From an uncultured Gammaproteobacteria bacterium (GTDB taxonomy: Bacteria > Pseudomonadota > Gammaproteobacteria > UBA9214), in assembly GCA_963773065.1 (NCBI GenBank), contig CAVYZN010000032.1, forward strand, positions 96,001 through 160,000: a DNA stretch of 64,000 nt, given 5' to 3'. The first letter of the stretch is position 1; every line of letters begins with the position of its first letter. A program made the translations under genes and the position numbers. Positions 11,793 through 23,500 of this stretch are shown here, piece after piece. The notes beneath the pieces were generated by a model, which had not been told where the DNA came from, made no database searches, and saw nothing but the letters and a program-made list of their open reading frames with translations.

Positions 11793-14700
11793 CACCCGGC
11801 TCCGCTCACGTCCACGACCAGCAGCTTCTGCCCCGGCGTCACCTGCGTGCCCGGTTCGCACAGCACGCGGCTGACCACGCCCGCGTGCTCGGCGCGCAGC
11901 GCGATCTCCATCTTCATGGATTCCAGCACCAGCAGCGTATCCCCGGCGGCGATGGCGTGGCCTTCCTGCACCTCGAGCTGCCAGACGCTGCCGTGCACGT
12001 GCGCCTCCACCGCGATCTCGGTCTCCGAGAGCACCAGTTCCCCGGCGGTTTCGTCGATGGCCGCGCTGTCCGGCGGCACGTAGGTCGCCTGGCCGGTTTC
12101 GATCCAGCGGCGGCGTTCGGCCTCGAAGGCGGCCTGCTGGCGCGCCTTGAAGGCGGCGATGCCGGCGGCGTGCTCGCCGAGGAAGCGCTCGTAGCCGGAT
12201 AGGCCGAACGTCGTCTCCTCGATGCGCAGCCGATAGGCGCCGCGCGGGAAGTCATCGCGGATGCGCCGCAGTTCGTCCTCGCCGACCGGGAAGAAGCGGA
12301 TCTGGTCGAAGAAGCGCAGCAGCCAGGGCTGTTCGAATTCCGGCGTGCGCCGCCAGCGGTTCCACATCTGCAGCGTGCGCCCGACGAACTGGTAGCCGCC
12401 GGGTCCCTCCATGCCGTAGACGCACAGGTAGGAGCCGCCGATGCCGACCGCGTTCTCGGGTGTCCAGGTGCGCGCCGGGTTGTACTTGGTTGTCACCAGC
12501 CGGTGGCGCGGATCGAGCGGGGTGGCGACCGGCGCGCCCAGGTAAACATCCCCCAGCCCCATGACCAGGTAGCTGGCGCTAAAGACGATGTCGCGCACCG
12601 CCTCCACGCTGTCCAGACCGTTGATGCGGCGGATGAACTCGATGTTGCTCGGGCACCAGGGCGCGCCCGGGCGCACCGAGCGGGTGTACTTGTCGATGGC
12701 GAGCCGCGTGGCCGGGTCGTCCCAGGAGAGCGGCAGGTGCACGATGCGCGCCGGCAGTTCCAGGTCCTTGCTGTCGCCGAGCGCCTGCTCGGCCTCGCGC
12801 AGCCGCGAAAGCAGCTCCGCGGTCGGCAATCGCAGCGGGTCGTAGTGCACCTGCAGCGAGCGGATGCCCGGGGTCAGCTCGAGGAGGCCCGGGAGCCTGC
12901 AGCGCCTTGAGATGCCGCATCAGGGCGTGCGCGCGGAAGCGCAGCCGGATGTCCAGCACCGGCGGCCCGTATTCGATCAGCAGGTAGCGGTCGCCGCAGG
13001 CGCGGTAGGCGACCGCGATGCCGTCCGCGCCGGCGTCGCCGTGATCGAGCAGCGGCGAGCCGAGTGCGACCGGCTCGATCGCGACGGAGGGTTTGCGCAG
13101 CGCCGCAATCGCCGCGTCCTGTTCGCGCGCCAGGGCGTCCGCGCCGCGCTGGTCCACGGGCACGAAGCGCACCCGGTCGCCGGGGCGCAACTGGCCCAGC
13201 TTCCATTGTTCGGCGCGGATGACGGTCGCGGGACAGACGAAGCCGCCGAGGCTGGGGCCGTCCGGCCCGAGTATCACCGGCATGTCGCCGGTGTAATCCA
13301 CCGCGCCGATGGCGTAGGCGTTGTCGTGGATGTTGGAGGGATGCAGACCGGCCTCGCCGCCATCCGGGCGCGCCCATCGCGGCTTCGGCCCGATCAGGCG
13401 GATGCCGGTGCGGCTGGAGTTGTAATGGACCTCCCAGTCCGCCGCGAAAAAGTCGTCCATGTCCGCCGGGGTGAAGAAATCCGGCGCGCCGTGGGGCCCG
13501 TAGATCACCGGCAGGATCCAGCGGTTCTCGTAAGCCGGCCGCTGTGACGGCGGGAGCCGCGCCGCCGGCACGGCTTCGGTCACCGGCCGGATGGGCAGCA
13601 CGTCGCCCACCCGCAGGTGGCGCCCGCCGTGTCCGCCGAACCGGCCGAGGGTGAAGGTCGCGCGGCTGCCGAGGTAGGGGGTGATCTGCACGCCGTGGCG
13701 CACGGCGAGGTAGGCCCGCGCGCCAACGCCCGCGACCGCGCCCAGCGTCAGGGTGCTGCCGGCGCGCACCGGCACGCTTTGCCAGGCGGGCAGCGGCTCA
13801 CCGTCGAGGTCCGCCGGCAGCGGCGCGCCGGTCAACGCGATGACCGTGTCGCAGCGAAAGCGCAGGGTCGGGCCGGTGACGGTGCATTCCAGGCCCGCGG
13901 CCTCCGGCGGGTTGCCGAGCAGGCGGTTGGCGTAGCGGAAGGCGAGGTCGTCCATGGGCCCCGACGGCGGCACGCCCACGTCCCAGTAGCCGGTGCGCCC
14001 CGGATAATCCTGCACCGTGGTCTGGGTGCCGCCGGAGAGCACCTCGATGCCGGCGCCTGGTAGGGGAAGGCGTCCAGGGTGCGGGTGGTGTGGCGCATGG
14101 CGCGGAAGTCCTCGCTCACCAGCACCTGGCGCAGATAGGCGAGGTTGGTCTCGATGCCCTCGACCGCGGTGCGCTCCAGGGCGTGCGCCAGCGCGGCGAT
14201 GGCGCCGTCGCGGTCGGCGGCGTGCACGATGAGCTTGGCCAGCATCGGGTCGTAGTAGGGCGGCACTTCGGCGCCGGTCTCGATCCAGGTCTCGCAGCGG
14301 ATGTCAGCCGGAAACGCCACGTGAGTCAGCAGGCCGGCGGCGGGCTGGAATCCCCGCGCCGGGTCTTCCGCGTAGAGCCGCGCCTGGATCGCATGGCCGG
14401 TGGGCCTATATTCCAGGGTCTCCAGCGGCGGCAGCTCGCCAGCGGCGAGGCGCACCATCCACTCCACCAGGTCAACCCCCGTGACTGCCTCGGTCACGCC
14501 GTGTTCGACTTGCAGGCGGGTATTAACCTCGAGAAAGTAGAACTTCTCCGTCGCCGCATCGTAGAGGTATTCCACCGTGCCGGCGGAACGGTAATCGACC
14601 GCCTCGCCCAGGCGCCGGGCCGAGGCCAGCATCCGCTCGCGCACCGCCGCACGCAGGCCCGGCGCCGGCGTCTCCTCGATGACCTTCTGATGGCGCCGCT

Positions 14701-15391
14701 GCAGGCTGCAGTCCCGCTCCCCCAGGGCGATGACCCGCCCGGCGCCGTCGCCGAAGATCTGCACCTCGACGTGGCGGGCATTCGCCACGTATTTCTCCAG
14801 GAAGAGGCCGGCATCGGAGAAGTTGTTGCGCGAGAGGCGCCGCACCGAATCGAAGGCCGCGCCGAGCGTGGCGGCATCCGGGCAGAGCTGCATGCCGATC
14901 CCGCCGCCGCCCGCGGTGCTCTTCAGCATCACCGGATAGCCGATGGCCGCGGCCTCGCGCAGGGCATGGTCCACGTCCTCGAGCAGGCCGGTGCCCGGCA
15001 GCAGCGGCAGGCCGCTCGCCCGGGCGAGCGTGCGGGCGGTGTGCTTGAGTCCGAAATCGCGCAACTGCTCCGGCGTCGGGCCGATGAAGGCGATGCCGAA
15101 GGCGGCGCATTCCTCGGCGAAGGCGGCGTTCTCGCTGAGGAAACCGTAGCCCGGGTGGATGGCCTGCGCGCCGCTCTGGCGCGCCGCCGCGAGGATGCGG
15201 CCCGGATCGAGGTAGGTCTCGGCGGCCAGCGCCTCGCCGATCAATATCGCCTCGTCGGCCTGGGCGACATGCAGGGAGTGGGCATCGGCGCGCGAGTACA
15301 CCGCGACGGAGCGGATGGACAGCCGGCGCAGCGTGCGCAGGATGCGGCAGGCGATGGCGCCGCGATTGGCGATCAGGATCTTGTCGAACAT
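11792..15391 (-). CDS. uca: Urea/guanidine carboxylase (apparent frameshifts near 12890 and 14055)
   Basis: [10 protein letters not shown] biotin carboxylase domain, carboxyltransferase motifs HPSNIHD and [12 protein letters not shown], biotinyl motif ESMKME. Confidence 0.93.
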
Positions 15392-15409
15392 GGCAGCAGG
15401 ACTTCGTTA

Positions 15410-15465
15410 TCGCGGCGGGTCGTCCCGCCTGTTACCCGAACCGCCCCGGGGCCGTCCCCGGCGCG
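15410..15465 (-). ncRNA. Guanidine-II (mini-ykkC) riboswitch
   Basis: Minus strand has two hairpins with ACGR loops, ccggggACGGccccgg and gcgggACGAcccgc, just upstream of the uca start. Confidence 0.85.
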
Positions 15466-15516
15466 GTGGTCAATCTCACCACTGCGAATCTTTCATGGCT
15501 GCTAGGGGAAGTCCGT

Positions 15517-15603
15517 ATGGCCACGGAATCACACGGAAGACACGGAAATATAAAAATCATTCAAAAGATCCTTCCGTGTCATTCCGTGTGATTCCGTGGC
15601 CAT
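15517..15603. repeat. GCCACGGAA-family palindromic element, copy 2
   Basis: atggccacggaatcacacggaagacacggaa ... ttccgtgtcattccgtgtgattccgtggccat. Confidence 0.9.
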
Positions 15604-16251
15604 TCAATCCCAGATCAGCATGCGCACCGGCGTGGGGTTATAGGCGTTGCAGGGGTTGTTCAACTGCGGGCAGTTCGAGACCAGCACCACCACGTCCATC
15701 AGGGCGCGCATTTCCACGTAGCGCCCGGGGGCGGAGATGCCGTCCTCGAAGGTGAGCCCGCCCTGCGGGGTGACCGGCACGTTCATGAAGAAATTGATGT
15801 TGCTGGTGAGGTCGCGCTTGCTCAAGGGTATGCCGGCCTGCGCCAGGGCGCTCAGGAAATTGTCGCGGCAGTTGTGCATGCTGCGCTTGTCGAGGGCATA
15901 GCGCACCTGGTTGCTCTCGGCGGCGCAGGCGCCGCCCAGCGTGTCATGCCGCCCGCAGGTGTCGGCGGTGATGATGAGCATCGCGCGGCCTTGCGAGGAC
16001 AACAGCCGCGAGCCGCAGGTGAGATAGAGGTTGCCCTGGGCGCGGATGGTGTCGACCGCGCTGTAGCGCTCGCCCGGATCGCGGGCGTTGTAGAACAGGG
16101 TGTCGACCGCCTGGTTGCCTTCCAGGTCGACGATGCGCAGCGTCTGGCCCTGCCGCAGTTCCTTCATCCAGGGTTCGCCGGCGCGCACGATGGCGTCGTG
16201 GACGGCGGCGGCGGGATCGAGCGGGCTTTCGGCGAGTGCGTGATCGGACAT
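15604..16251 (-). CDS. cgdB: Urea carboxylase-associated protein (DUF1989), carboxyguanidine deiminase subunit B
   Basis: [32 protein letters not shown]. Confidence 0.85.
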   Translation of the reverse strand: MSDHALAESPLDPAAAVHDAIVRAGEPWMKELRQGQTLRIVDLEGNQAVDTLFYNARDPGERYSAVDTIRAQGNLYLTCGSRLLSSQGRAMLIITADTCGRHDTLGGACAAESNQVRYALDKRSMHNCRDNFLSALAQAGIPLSKRDLTSNINFFMNVPVTPQGGLTFEDGISAPGRYVEMRALMDVVVLVSNCPQLNNPCNAYNPTPVRMLIWD

Positions 16252-16261
16252 CGGGAAACCC

Positions 16262-17002
16262 TCAATCGTACTGGCAGTGATAGATGGCGGTATTGGCGAA
16301 GCCGCGCCGGTTCTCCGGGCAGGAGTTCAGGCACGGGTCGTCGGCCGCGACCGGGTCGGCCCGCCAGACGGTGAGCGCCACGGGACGCGGCCGCCACTCC
16401 CGCGCCGGGTCCAGCGGATGGGGGCAGGTGTTCAGCACCACCAGCGTGTCCATCTCGGCGCGCAGGTCGACGTGACTCCCGGGCGCGGAATGGCCGGCGT
16501 GAAACTGCATGCGGCCGGTTTCATCCGCCGTGACCCGGGAGAAGAAATTGATGTTGGCCACCAGGTCCCGCCGGTCGAGGCCCCATTTCTCCAGCTCGAT
16601 CAGGAACAGCTCGCGCCCGTTGCGATAGAACTCGTTGCGGTAGTCCTGGTAGCTGTGCTCGCCGTACTGCGACTTCACCAGGGCGGCGTCGGAGACGCCG
16701 CAGAAGGTGTCGTGCCAGCCGCAACTGTCGTCGATGATCGACATCAGCACCCGGCCCATGTCGGAGTAGCAGACGTGACCTTTCGTGAGGTAGGCGGTGT
16801 GCTGCGCCTTGAGGGTGTCGGCCATGTTGTAGCGTTCCAGCTTCTCATGGGCGTTGTAGAGCAGGGCGGAGCAGTTAGCGCCCCCCTCGGTGTCGGTGAG
16901 GCGCAGGCAGTAGCCGCGCCGGATGATGAAGGACCAGTAGCGCGCGCCAGGCAGGGTGTCCTGGTGCACGATGCGCGCCGGGTCCAGAGCCGGGGCCGTC
17001 AT
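16262..17002 (-). CDS. cgdA: Urea carboxylase-associated protein (DUF1989), carboxyguanidine deiminase subunit A
   Basis: [32 protein letters not shown]; start at MTAPALD. Confidence 0.85.
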   Translation of the reverse strand: MTAPALDPARIVHQDTLPGARYWSFIIRRGYCLRLTDTEGGANCSALLYNAHEKLERYNMADTLKAQHTAYLTKGHVCYSDMGRVLMSIIDDSCGWHDTFCGVSDAALVKSQYGEHSYQDYRNEFYRNGRELFLIELEKWGLDRRDLVANINFFSRVTADETGRMQFHAGHSAPGSHVDLRAEMDTLVVLNTCPHPLDPAREWRPRPVALTVWRADPVAADDPCLNSCPENRRGFANTAIYHCQYD

Positions 17003-17024
17003 GGCAGTTCTCCTCTCAGCTTCC

Positions 17025-17170
17025 CTAAGTAATGTCCGTTCATAAAGAAACAAACTCACCGCAAAGTCGCAAAGAACGCAAAGCCATTTGATGGTTTTTG
17101 TTAATGAGTTTCTTCGCGAACTTTGCGTCTTTGCGGTGAAAAATGGTGTTGATGGATGAAGACTAAGTAA
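17025..17170. repeat. Composite palindromic element (CACCGCAAAG-type inner arms); homologous left half at ~63172-63250
   Basis: tcaccgcaaagtcgcaaagaacgcaaag / cttcgcgaactttgcgtctttgcggtga inside outer arms gtccgttcataa / ttgatggatgaagac. Confidence 0.8.
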
Positions 17171-17210
17171 GCGCCATTCTGGTCATAGCCAATATCTGTT
17201 CGTTGGGTTG

Positions 17211-18008
17211 TCAATTGACCGCCGCCTCCAGGGCGCGCGGGACCTCTTCCTCCACGTGCCGGCGGATGTCCTCGATCGTGCCGGCAGGGGTGCGCGCGAG
17301 TGACAGGTCATAGGTAATGGTGGCGCCGTAGGCGTGCAGCGCCTGCGCATCGATGCGCACCTTGTCGAACACCAGCAGGCGGGTCCCCAGGTAGAAGCCT
17401 TCCTTGAGGTCGTGGGTGATCATGAACACCGTCAGGCCGCTTTGCTGCCACAGGCTCAGCACCAGCTCGTGCATGTCCGCGCGGATCCCCGGATCGAGCG
17501 CGCCGAACGGCTCGTCCAGCAGCAGGATGCGCGGCTGCATGATCAGCGACTGGGCGAGCGCGAGGCGCTGCTGCATGCCGCCGGAGAGTTCCGCCGGATA
17601 CTTCCCCAGCGCCTGCCCGAGCCCGACCGATTCGAGCATGTCCCGCGCCCGTTCGCGGGCCGCGCGCCAAGCTGCTCCGAACAGGTGGCCGGTCAGCCGC
17701 GCGCCCTTGAGTTCCAGGCCGAGCATGACATTCTTCAATACCGTCAGGTGCGGAAACACCGAATAGCGCTGGAACACCACGCCCCGGTCCGGTCCGGGTT
17801 CACCCGGCAGGTCGCGCCCGTCGAGGCGGATGCGCCCGCGGGTCGGCTGCTCCTCGCCGAGCAGCAGGCGCAGGAAGGTGGTCTTGCCGCAGCCCGAGGC
17901 GCCCACGATGGTGCAGAATTCCCCCGGCTTCACCGTCAGGTTGAGACGTTCCAGCACCACGTGTCCGCCGTATTCCTTCCAGACCTGGCTGAAGGCGATC
18001 AGGCTCAT
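17211..18008 (-). CDS. ABC transporter ATPase of the guanidine uptake system
   Basis: MSLIAFSQ start, GASGCGKTT, LSGGMQQR, LLLDEPFGALD. Confidence 0.9.
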   Translation of the reverse strand: MSLIAFSQVWKEYGGHVVLERLNLTVKPGEFCTIVGASGCGKTTFLRLLLGEEQPTRGRIRLDGRDLPGEPGPDRGVVFQRYSVFPHLTVLKNVMLGLELKGARLTGHLFGAAWRAARERARDMLESVGLGQALGKYPAELSGGMQQRLALAQSLIMQPRILLLDEPFGALDPGIRADMHELVLSLWQQSGLTVFMITHDLKEGFYLGTRLLVFDKVRIDAQALHAYGATITYDLSLARTPAGTIEDIRRHVEEEVPRALEAAVN

Positions 18009-18835
18009 GCGCCGCCTCCGCCGGTCTGCGCGTGAAACCACGGGAACGCACGCCGGGAGATGAGGCGCAGCGCCAGGTCGGTGAGATAGGCGAGCAGGGT
18101 GATCCACGCCACATACGGCAGGATCACGTCCATGGCGAGGTAGCGGCGCAGTAAAAAAATGCGGTAGCCCAGGCCCTCCGTGGCGGCGATCGCCTCGGCG
18201 GCGATCAGGAACAGCCAGGCGCTGCCCAGCGACAGGCGCACCGCGTCGAGCAGCCGCGGCAGCACCTGGGGCAGGATCACGCGCAGCATGAGCTGCCAGC
18301 TCGAGCCGCTCAGCGTCTGCGCCTTGATGATCTGCTCCGCCGGCAGTTCGCGCACGCGCTGCTGCAGGTCGCGGATGATGAAGGGCGTGATGCCGATGAC
18401 GATCAGCACGACCTTGGAGACCTCGCCCAGCCCGAACACGATGAAGAGAATCGGCAGCATCGCCATGGGCGGGATCATCGACAGGGTGGCGACGAACGGC
18501 GCCAGGTTCGCGCGCAGGTAGGGGATGCTGCCGAGCAGCACACCGAAGACCAGGCCGGCGAGCGCGCTGATGCCGACCCCCAGCGCCAGCCGTTTCAGGC
18601 TGGCGCCGGTGTCCGCCCACAGCAGGTACTCGCCGCTGCGTTGGCTGGGTTCGACCGCCATGCGCCGCACGGCTTCGCCGAAACTGGCGAAGGAGGGCAG
18701 CAGCTTGTCGTTGGGGTTGTCCGCAAGCCGCGCGTGGGAGGCGGCCAGGTAGAACGCCAGCAGCAAAAGAAACGGCAGCATCCCCAGCGACAGGCGCAGC
18801 ATGGGGCCCGGCTGGCGGTTGATCAGCCGTTTCAC
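18005..18835 (-). CDS. ABC transporter permease of the guanidine uptake system
   Basis: NPNDKLLPS, IPPMAMLPILF, AWLFLIAAEAIA. Confidence 0.9.
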   Translation of the reverse strand: MKRLINRQPGPMLRLSLGMLPFLLLLAFYLAASHARLADNPNDKLLPSFASFGEAVRRMAVEPSQRSGEYLLWADTGASLKRLALGVGISALAGLVFGVLLGSIPYLRANLAPFVATLSMIPPMAMLPILFIVFGLGEVSKVVLIVIGITPFIIRDLQQRVRELPAEQIIKAQTLSGSSWQLMLRVILPQVLPRLLDAVRLSLGSAWLFLIAAEAIAATEGLGYRIFLLRRYLAMDVILPYVAWITLLAYLTDLALRLISRRAFPWFHAQTGGGGA

Positions 18836-18868
18836 GAGCCTGCCACGGCGCGCCCGGGCATCATGGTC

Positions 18869-19954
18869 TCAGAGCTTGCCGTCCGCGGCCATGGCCATGT
18901 AGGTGTCATCGAAGCGCAGCTTGACGTTGGCCTTGTCGCCGAGGGACTTCCCACCGGGAAAGGCGATGCCGATGAAGCCGGCGTCCGGCGCGCCCTCGCC
19001 GAGCAGCCCGTGATCGAAGGAAAACCTGGCGACACGCTTCATGGTGTCGGGCAGCTCGGTGCCGCGCGTGAAGGACAGCGCCTCCGCGGCCTGGTAGAAC
19101 ATGCGCGTGGTGGCGAGCTGGGCGTCGTAGCCGGGGAGGTCGGTGCCGGAGGCCTTGGCCATCTGGGTGCGCGCCGCACTAGCGGCCGCGTCCTTGCCGG
19201 ACATGACGGACAGGATTTCATACCAGGCGCCGGTCAGCGCCTTGCCGAGCGCCGGATTGGCCTTGAGGGTGGCGGTGTTGACCACCATCAGGTCGATGAT
19301 CTCGCCGGGGATCTGGCTGGAATCGAACACCTTGTGGCTGTCGGGCGTGGCCAGGATCTCGCTCAGCAGCGGATTCCAGGTGACCACGGCGGTGACATCG
19401 GGCGAGGCGTAGGCGGCGACCATGTCGGCGTCGGAGGTGTTGACGACGGTGATGTCCTGCTCGCCCAGGCCGATCCCGTCCAGGGCGCGCGCCAGCAGGT
19501 AATGGGACACGGACAGCTCCACCAGGTTGACCTTCTGGCCCTTGATGTCCGCCAGGGATTTCTTGCCCTTGAGGACCACGCCGTCGTTGCCGTTGGAGAA
19601 GTCGCCGACGATCAGCGCGGTGGAATCGACGCCGCCGGCGGCGGGGATGGTGAGCGCGTCCATGTTGGTCATGACGCAGCCGTCGAAGGCTCCGGCCGTG
19701 TACTGGTTGATGGACTCGACGTAATCGTTGATCTGCACGACCTCGATCTTGATGCCGTACTTGTCGGCCCACTTCTTAATGATCCCGGCCTGGTCGCCAT
19801 AGTCCCAGGGCATCCAGCCGACATAGATGCTCCAGGCGATGCGGAAGCTGTCCTTCGCCAAGGCGGGCGCGGAACCGGCGGCCAGGCCGAAGGTCAACAG
19901 GAGGGCGGCGCAGAGATGGAAAATGCGCGTGCTGCGGATGTACTGGAGGTTCAT
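18869..19954 (-). CDS. Putative guanidine/urea ABC transporter substrate-binding protein
   Basis: AWSIYVGWMPW, INDYVESINQY, MTNMDAL; signal peptide; first gene after the guanidine-I riboswitch. Confidence 0.9.
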   Translation of the reverse strand: MNLQYIRSTRIFHLCAALLLTFGLAAGSAPALAKDSFRIAWSIYVGWMPWDYGDQAGIIKKWADKYGIKIEVVQINDYVESINQYTAGAFDGCVMTNMDALTIPAAGGVDSTALIVGDFSNGNDGVVLKGKKSLADIKGQKVNLVELSVSHYLLARALDGIGLGEQDITVVNTSDADMVAAYASPDVTAVVTWNPLLSEILATPDSHKVFDSSQIPGEIIDLMVVNTATLKANPALGKALTGAWYEILSVMSGKDAAASAARTQMAKASGTDLPGYDAQLATTRMFYQAAEALSFTRGTELPDTMKRVARFSFDHGLLGEGAPDAGFIGIAFPGGKSLGDKANVKLRFDDTYMAMAADGKL

Positions 19955-20009
19955 GACTTTCTCCCTTGCTGGTTGCGGTTGGGTTCAATTCACGGGGAGA
20001 CCAAGCGTG

Positions 20010-20112
20010 CCGACCTCCCGGGCTTTTATCCCGCCGTGTAACCCCCCGCAAGAGAGGTCGGCGACTCTCGGACCAGCCATCCGCCACCGGCGGACCGGAA
20101 CCCTAGTCACCT
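20010..20112 (-). ncRNA. Guanidine-I (ykkC-yxkD) riboswitch
   Basis: Minus strand: CTAGGGTTCCG...GCTGGTCCGAGAG...ACACGGCGGGATAAAAGCCCGGGAG. Confidence 0.95.
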
Positions 20113-20179
20113 ATTCCTGTCATTGGGGAGCGGACCCGGTGATGCCGCACGGTGTCGATCCCCCGCGACAGAGAGAAAA

Positions 20180-20194
20180 GCAAATCGGATGCCA
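20180..20194 (-). promoter_or_regulatory. Sigma-54 promoter of the guanidine operon; NtrC-like sites at ~20235-20302
   Basis: TGGCATCCGATTTGC on the minus strand; ttggtgcg, atggcgca and atggtgca half-sites upstream. Confidence 0.7.
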
Positions 20195-20396
20195 ACCGGG
20201 GCACATCCGATAATCAAGGGGTTAACCCGTCGTGATGATGTTGGTGCGAACCGGGCGCCCTGAAATGGCGCATTCCGGTGACGACTGTTCGCTGATGGTG
20301 CACACAGCGGTGACTCTATCCCGTGGCGCAAGGTGATGGCCGGTCGGGTCGGGATGACTCCAGCACGGGTGGTTGCTAATGCATCCGTTAGTCGAT

Positions 20397-20521
20397 GCCA
20401 CTTTGCAGGGGCAAAGTGGTCCGGGATGGGCTTGCCGGAACCGTGTGCCGCCAGGACGGCGGCACGCCGAGCCTACAGGGACGTATTCACGGCGTGTTCC
20501 GGCAAGCCCATCCCGGACCAC
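20397..20521. repeat. MITE-like palindromic element; second copy at 41041-41173
   Basis: actttgcaggggca..ggtccgggatgggcttgccggaac ... gtattcacggcgtgttccggcaagcccatcccggacc shared by both copies. Confidence 0.85.
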
Positions 20522-20538
20522 GTGGTTAATTGTGCGGG

Positions 20539-23500
20539 TCACGAAGAGCCGGCGGGGGAGGGTGGCACGCCGATTCCGGCCAGGAGGTCGAGCAGCCGCT
20601 CGGGGTCCACCGGCTTGACCAGGTGATGGTCGAAGCCAGCGGCCAGCGATCGCGCTCTGGCTTCCTCGTGTCCATACCCGGTTACCGCCACCAGCAGCGC
20701 CTCACGACCCTCCGGCAGCTCCCGCAGGCGCCGGGCCACCTCGTAACCGTCCATGCCTTTGAGCCCGATGTCGAGCAGCACGGCCTCGGGCCGGAACGAG
20801 GCGGCGAGCTCCAGCGCGGCCTGGCCCGTAGGCGCCACTTTTACCTGGTGGCCTTCCAGGGACAGCAGCACCCCCATGGCGTCGGCTACGGAAACATCGT
20901 CTTCCACCAGCAAAATTCGCCGCCCCGGCCGGCGCGGGGCCGGTCGGGGTTTTGCGGCCGTCTGGGCCTGGCGCGCCACTGCGGCGGGCAGCCAGACGGT
21001 GAATTCCGAGCCCTGGCCCGGGCCGGCGCTTTTTGCCTCCACCCGGCCGCCGTGCAACTCCACCAGCCGGTACACCAGCGTGAGCCCTATGCCCAGGCCG
21101 CCCTCGGTCCGATCCAGCGAGCGCTCGCCCTGCTCGAACAGGTCGAAGATGCGGGGCAACAATCCGGCCGGGATGCCGATGCCGTTGTCCCGCACCCTCA
21201 GCGCCACTTCCGGGCCGACCCGCTCGGCGCTGAGTTCGATTTTTCCGCCCTTGGGGGTGTATTTGGCGGCGTTGTCGAGGAGATTGAGCAGCACCTGGGT
21301 CAGGCGCACCGGATCCCCCTCCAGTTGCACCGGCACCTCCGGCAGGGAAACGGTAACCGCATGTCCTTTGCTCTCGATCAGGGGCCGGGCGGACTCCAGG
21401 GCCTGTTCGACCACCGCGGCCAGTTCGATGCGTTCTTTCTTGAGCGCGATATTGCCGCGGACGATGCGGGAGACATCGAGCAGGTCGTCCACCAGCCGGG
21501 TGAGGTGGACGACCTGTTGCTCGATGATTCCCCGCGCCCACTCGATCCGGGGCCCGTCCAGTCCCGGCTGGCCCATGATGTGGGCGGCGTTACGGATGGG
21601 CGCCAGCGGATTGCGCAGCTCGTGGGCCAGCATGGCCAGGAATTCGTCCTTGCGCCGGTCGGCCTCGCGCAGTGCTTCCTCGGCGCGTTTGTGGCTGGTG
21701 ATGTCATGCGCCACGAGGACCGCTCCCATCCGCTCGCCGCTGACCTCCAGCGGCGCATTGGAGCAGGCCACCATCACGGGCGAGCCGTCCTTGCGGAAGA
21801 ACAGGGCCTCCTCGTTGCGGACGGTTTCGCCAGAGGCGTAGATCCAGCAGTTGGGACAGTCGCTGAAGGGATAGGGACGGCCATCCGCATGGTGGTGATG
21901 AATCAGATCGTGCAATACCTGCCCCAGGAACTCACCGGCGGTATAGCCGAAGATGCGCTCGGCTTCCGCGTTCACGAAGGTGGTGCGGCCATACTCATCC
22001 GTGACAAAAATCGAATCCGCCGCGCACTCCGTGATCGCGTTGGTGAGACGCAGTTGTAGCCGTAATTTCTCCTCGGCCTGCTTGCGCACGGTGATGTCCT
22101 GGGTGGTTCCGAATCCCCCGAGCAGCGTCCCTTGTTCGTCGAATTCCAGCTCGGCCCGCTCGCGGACCCATTTCACCATGCCATCCGCGATCAGCCGGTG
22201 CTCGATGTCGTACGGTTCGCCGTGCAGCGCCGCCTTCCACATCCGGTCGACATACTCCCGGTCATCGGGATGAACGGTCGAAAGGAAGGTCTCATACGTC
22301 AGCGGTGTTCCTCTGGGTATGCCGAAAATCCGGTGGTTCTCGTCGGACCACAGCAATTCATTGTGCCGCACATCCAGCCGCCAACTCCCGATCTGCCCCA
22401 CGGCCTGGGCCCGGTTGAGGTCCATTTCACTGTCGCGCAGGGCCTCGCCCACCCGCTTGCTCTCGGTGACGTCCTGCACCGTGGCGACCAGGTATTCCAC
22501 GCCATGACCCGCACGGCGCACGCATTTCACGTCCAGGCTGGTCTCGATGAGGCTGCCGTCCTTGCGCACGAAGCGCTTGTCCAGCATGTAACCATCGCTC
22601 GCGCCGTTCAGAACCTGTTCGAGCTGGACCCGTTCGGCGGTGAGGTCGTCCGGGTGGGTGATCTCCTCCCAGGTGGTTTGCAGCAACTCCTCGCGCGGGT
22701 AGTCCAGAATCTCGCACAAGCGGTCATTGGCATGCAGCCAGCGCCTGCTCTCAGGCGAGGTGATGGCCATGCCGATGAAGGGCAGGTCGTAGAACAGCTT
22801 GAGCAGCCGGTCCTTTTCCGCGGCTTGGGCGATCAGTTCCAGCCGGTGGGCGTGCTGCTCCTGACGCCACAACAGGAACACCGCCGCCGCCACGGCGGCG
22901 ACGGCGGCGAACGCGACCAGACCGATCCAGAACACCAGATCGTGGAGTGGGCGCAGCACCTCGTCCCGATCCACCTTGGTCAGCAGGAACCATGACGTAT
23001 TCGGCACCTGGCGTACGGCGGAGAGCACCGGGATGCCGCGATAGTCGCGGCCTTCTATGTTTCCAGTACGGCCGCTGCGCAGGGCGATGGCGGCGGTTAG
23101 CTCCGGCGTGTCGAGCGGGAGACGGAAGGTGAGCGCCGCGTCCCCGCGGTGACGCAATTGGTTGAGATACAGGACGCTGTTCCCATCCCGGCGGATCAGC
23201 AGGGTTTCGCCGCTGGGGCTGGGCGTGGGCCAGGTCTGGATGAGGGGGAACAGAAACTCCTCGACCGCGGCGCGCAGCACCGCCACACCCGCCACCCGGT
23301 GCGCGCCGGCGTCGCGTTTGATGAGCGGCACCACAAAATCCAGCCGAATCTGCTCCGCGCCGTCCCGATACAGATCGCTGACCTGCACTAGCCCCGTACG
23401 CAGGGCTGCCGGCAGCAGCGCTGTCCGGATGCCCTTCAGGGTGTCGGGCTCTCCCGGCGGTGAGAGCAGGCGCTCACCGTCTGCATCCAGCAGTTGGACG

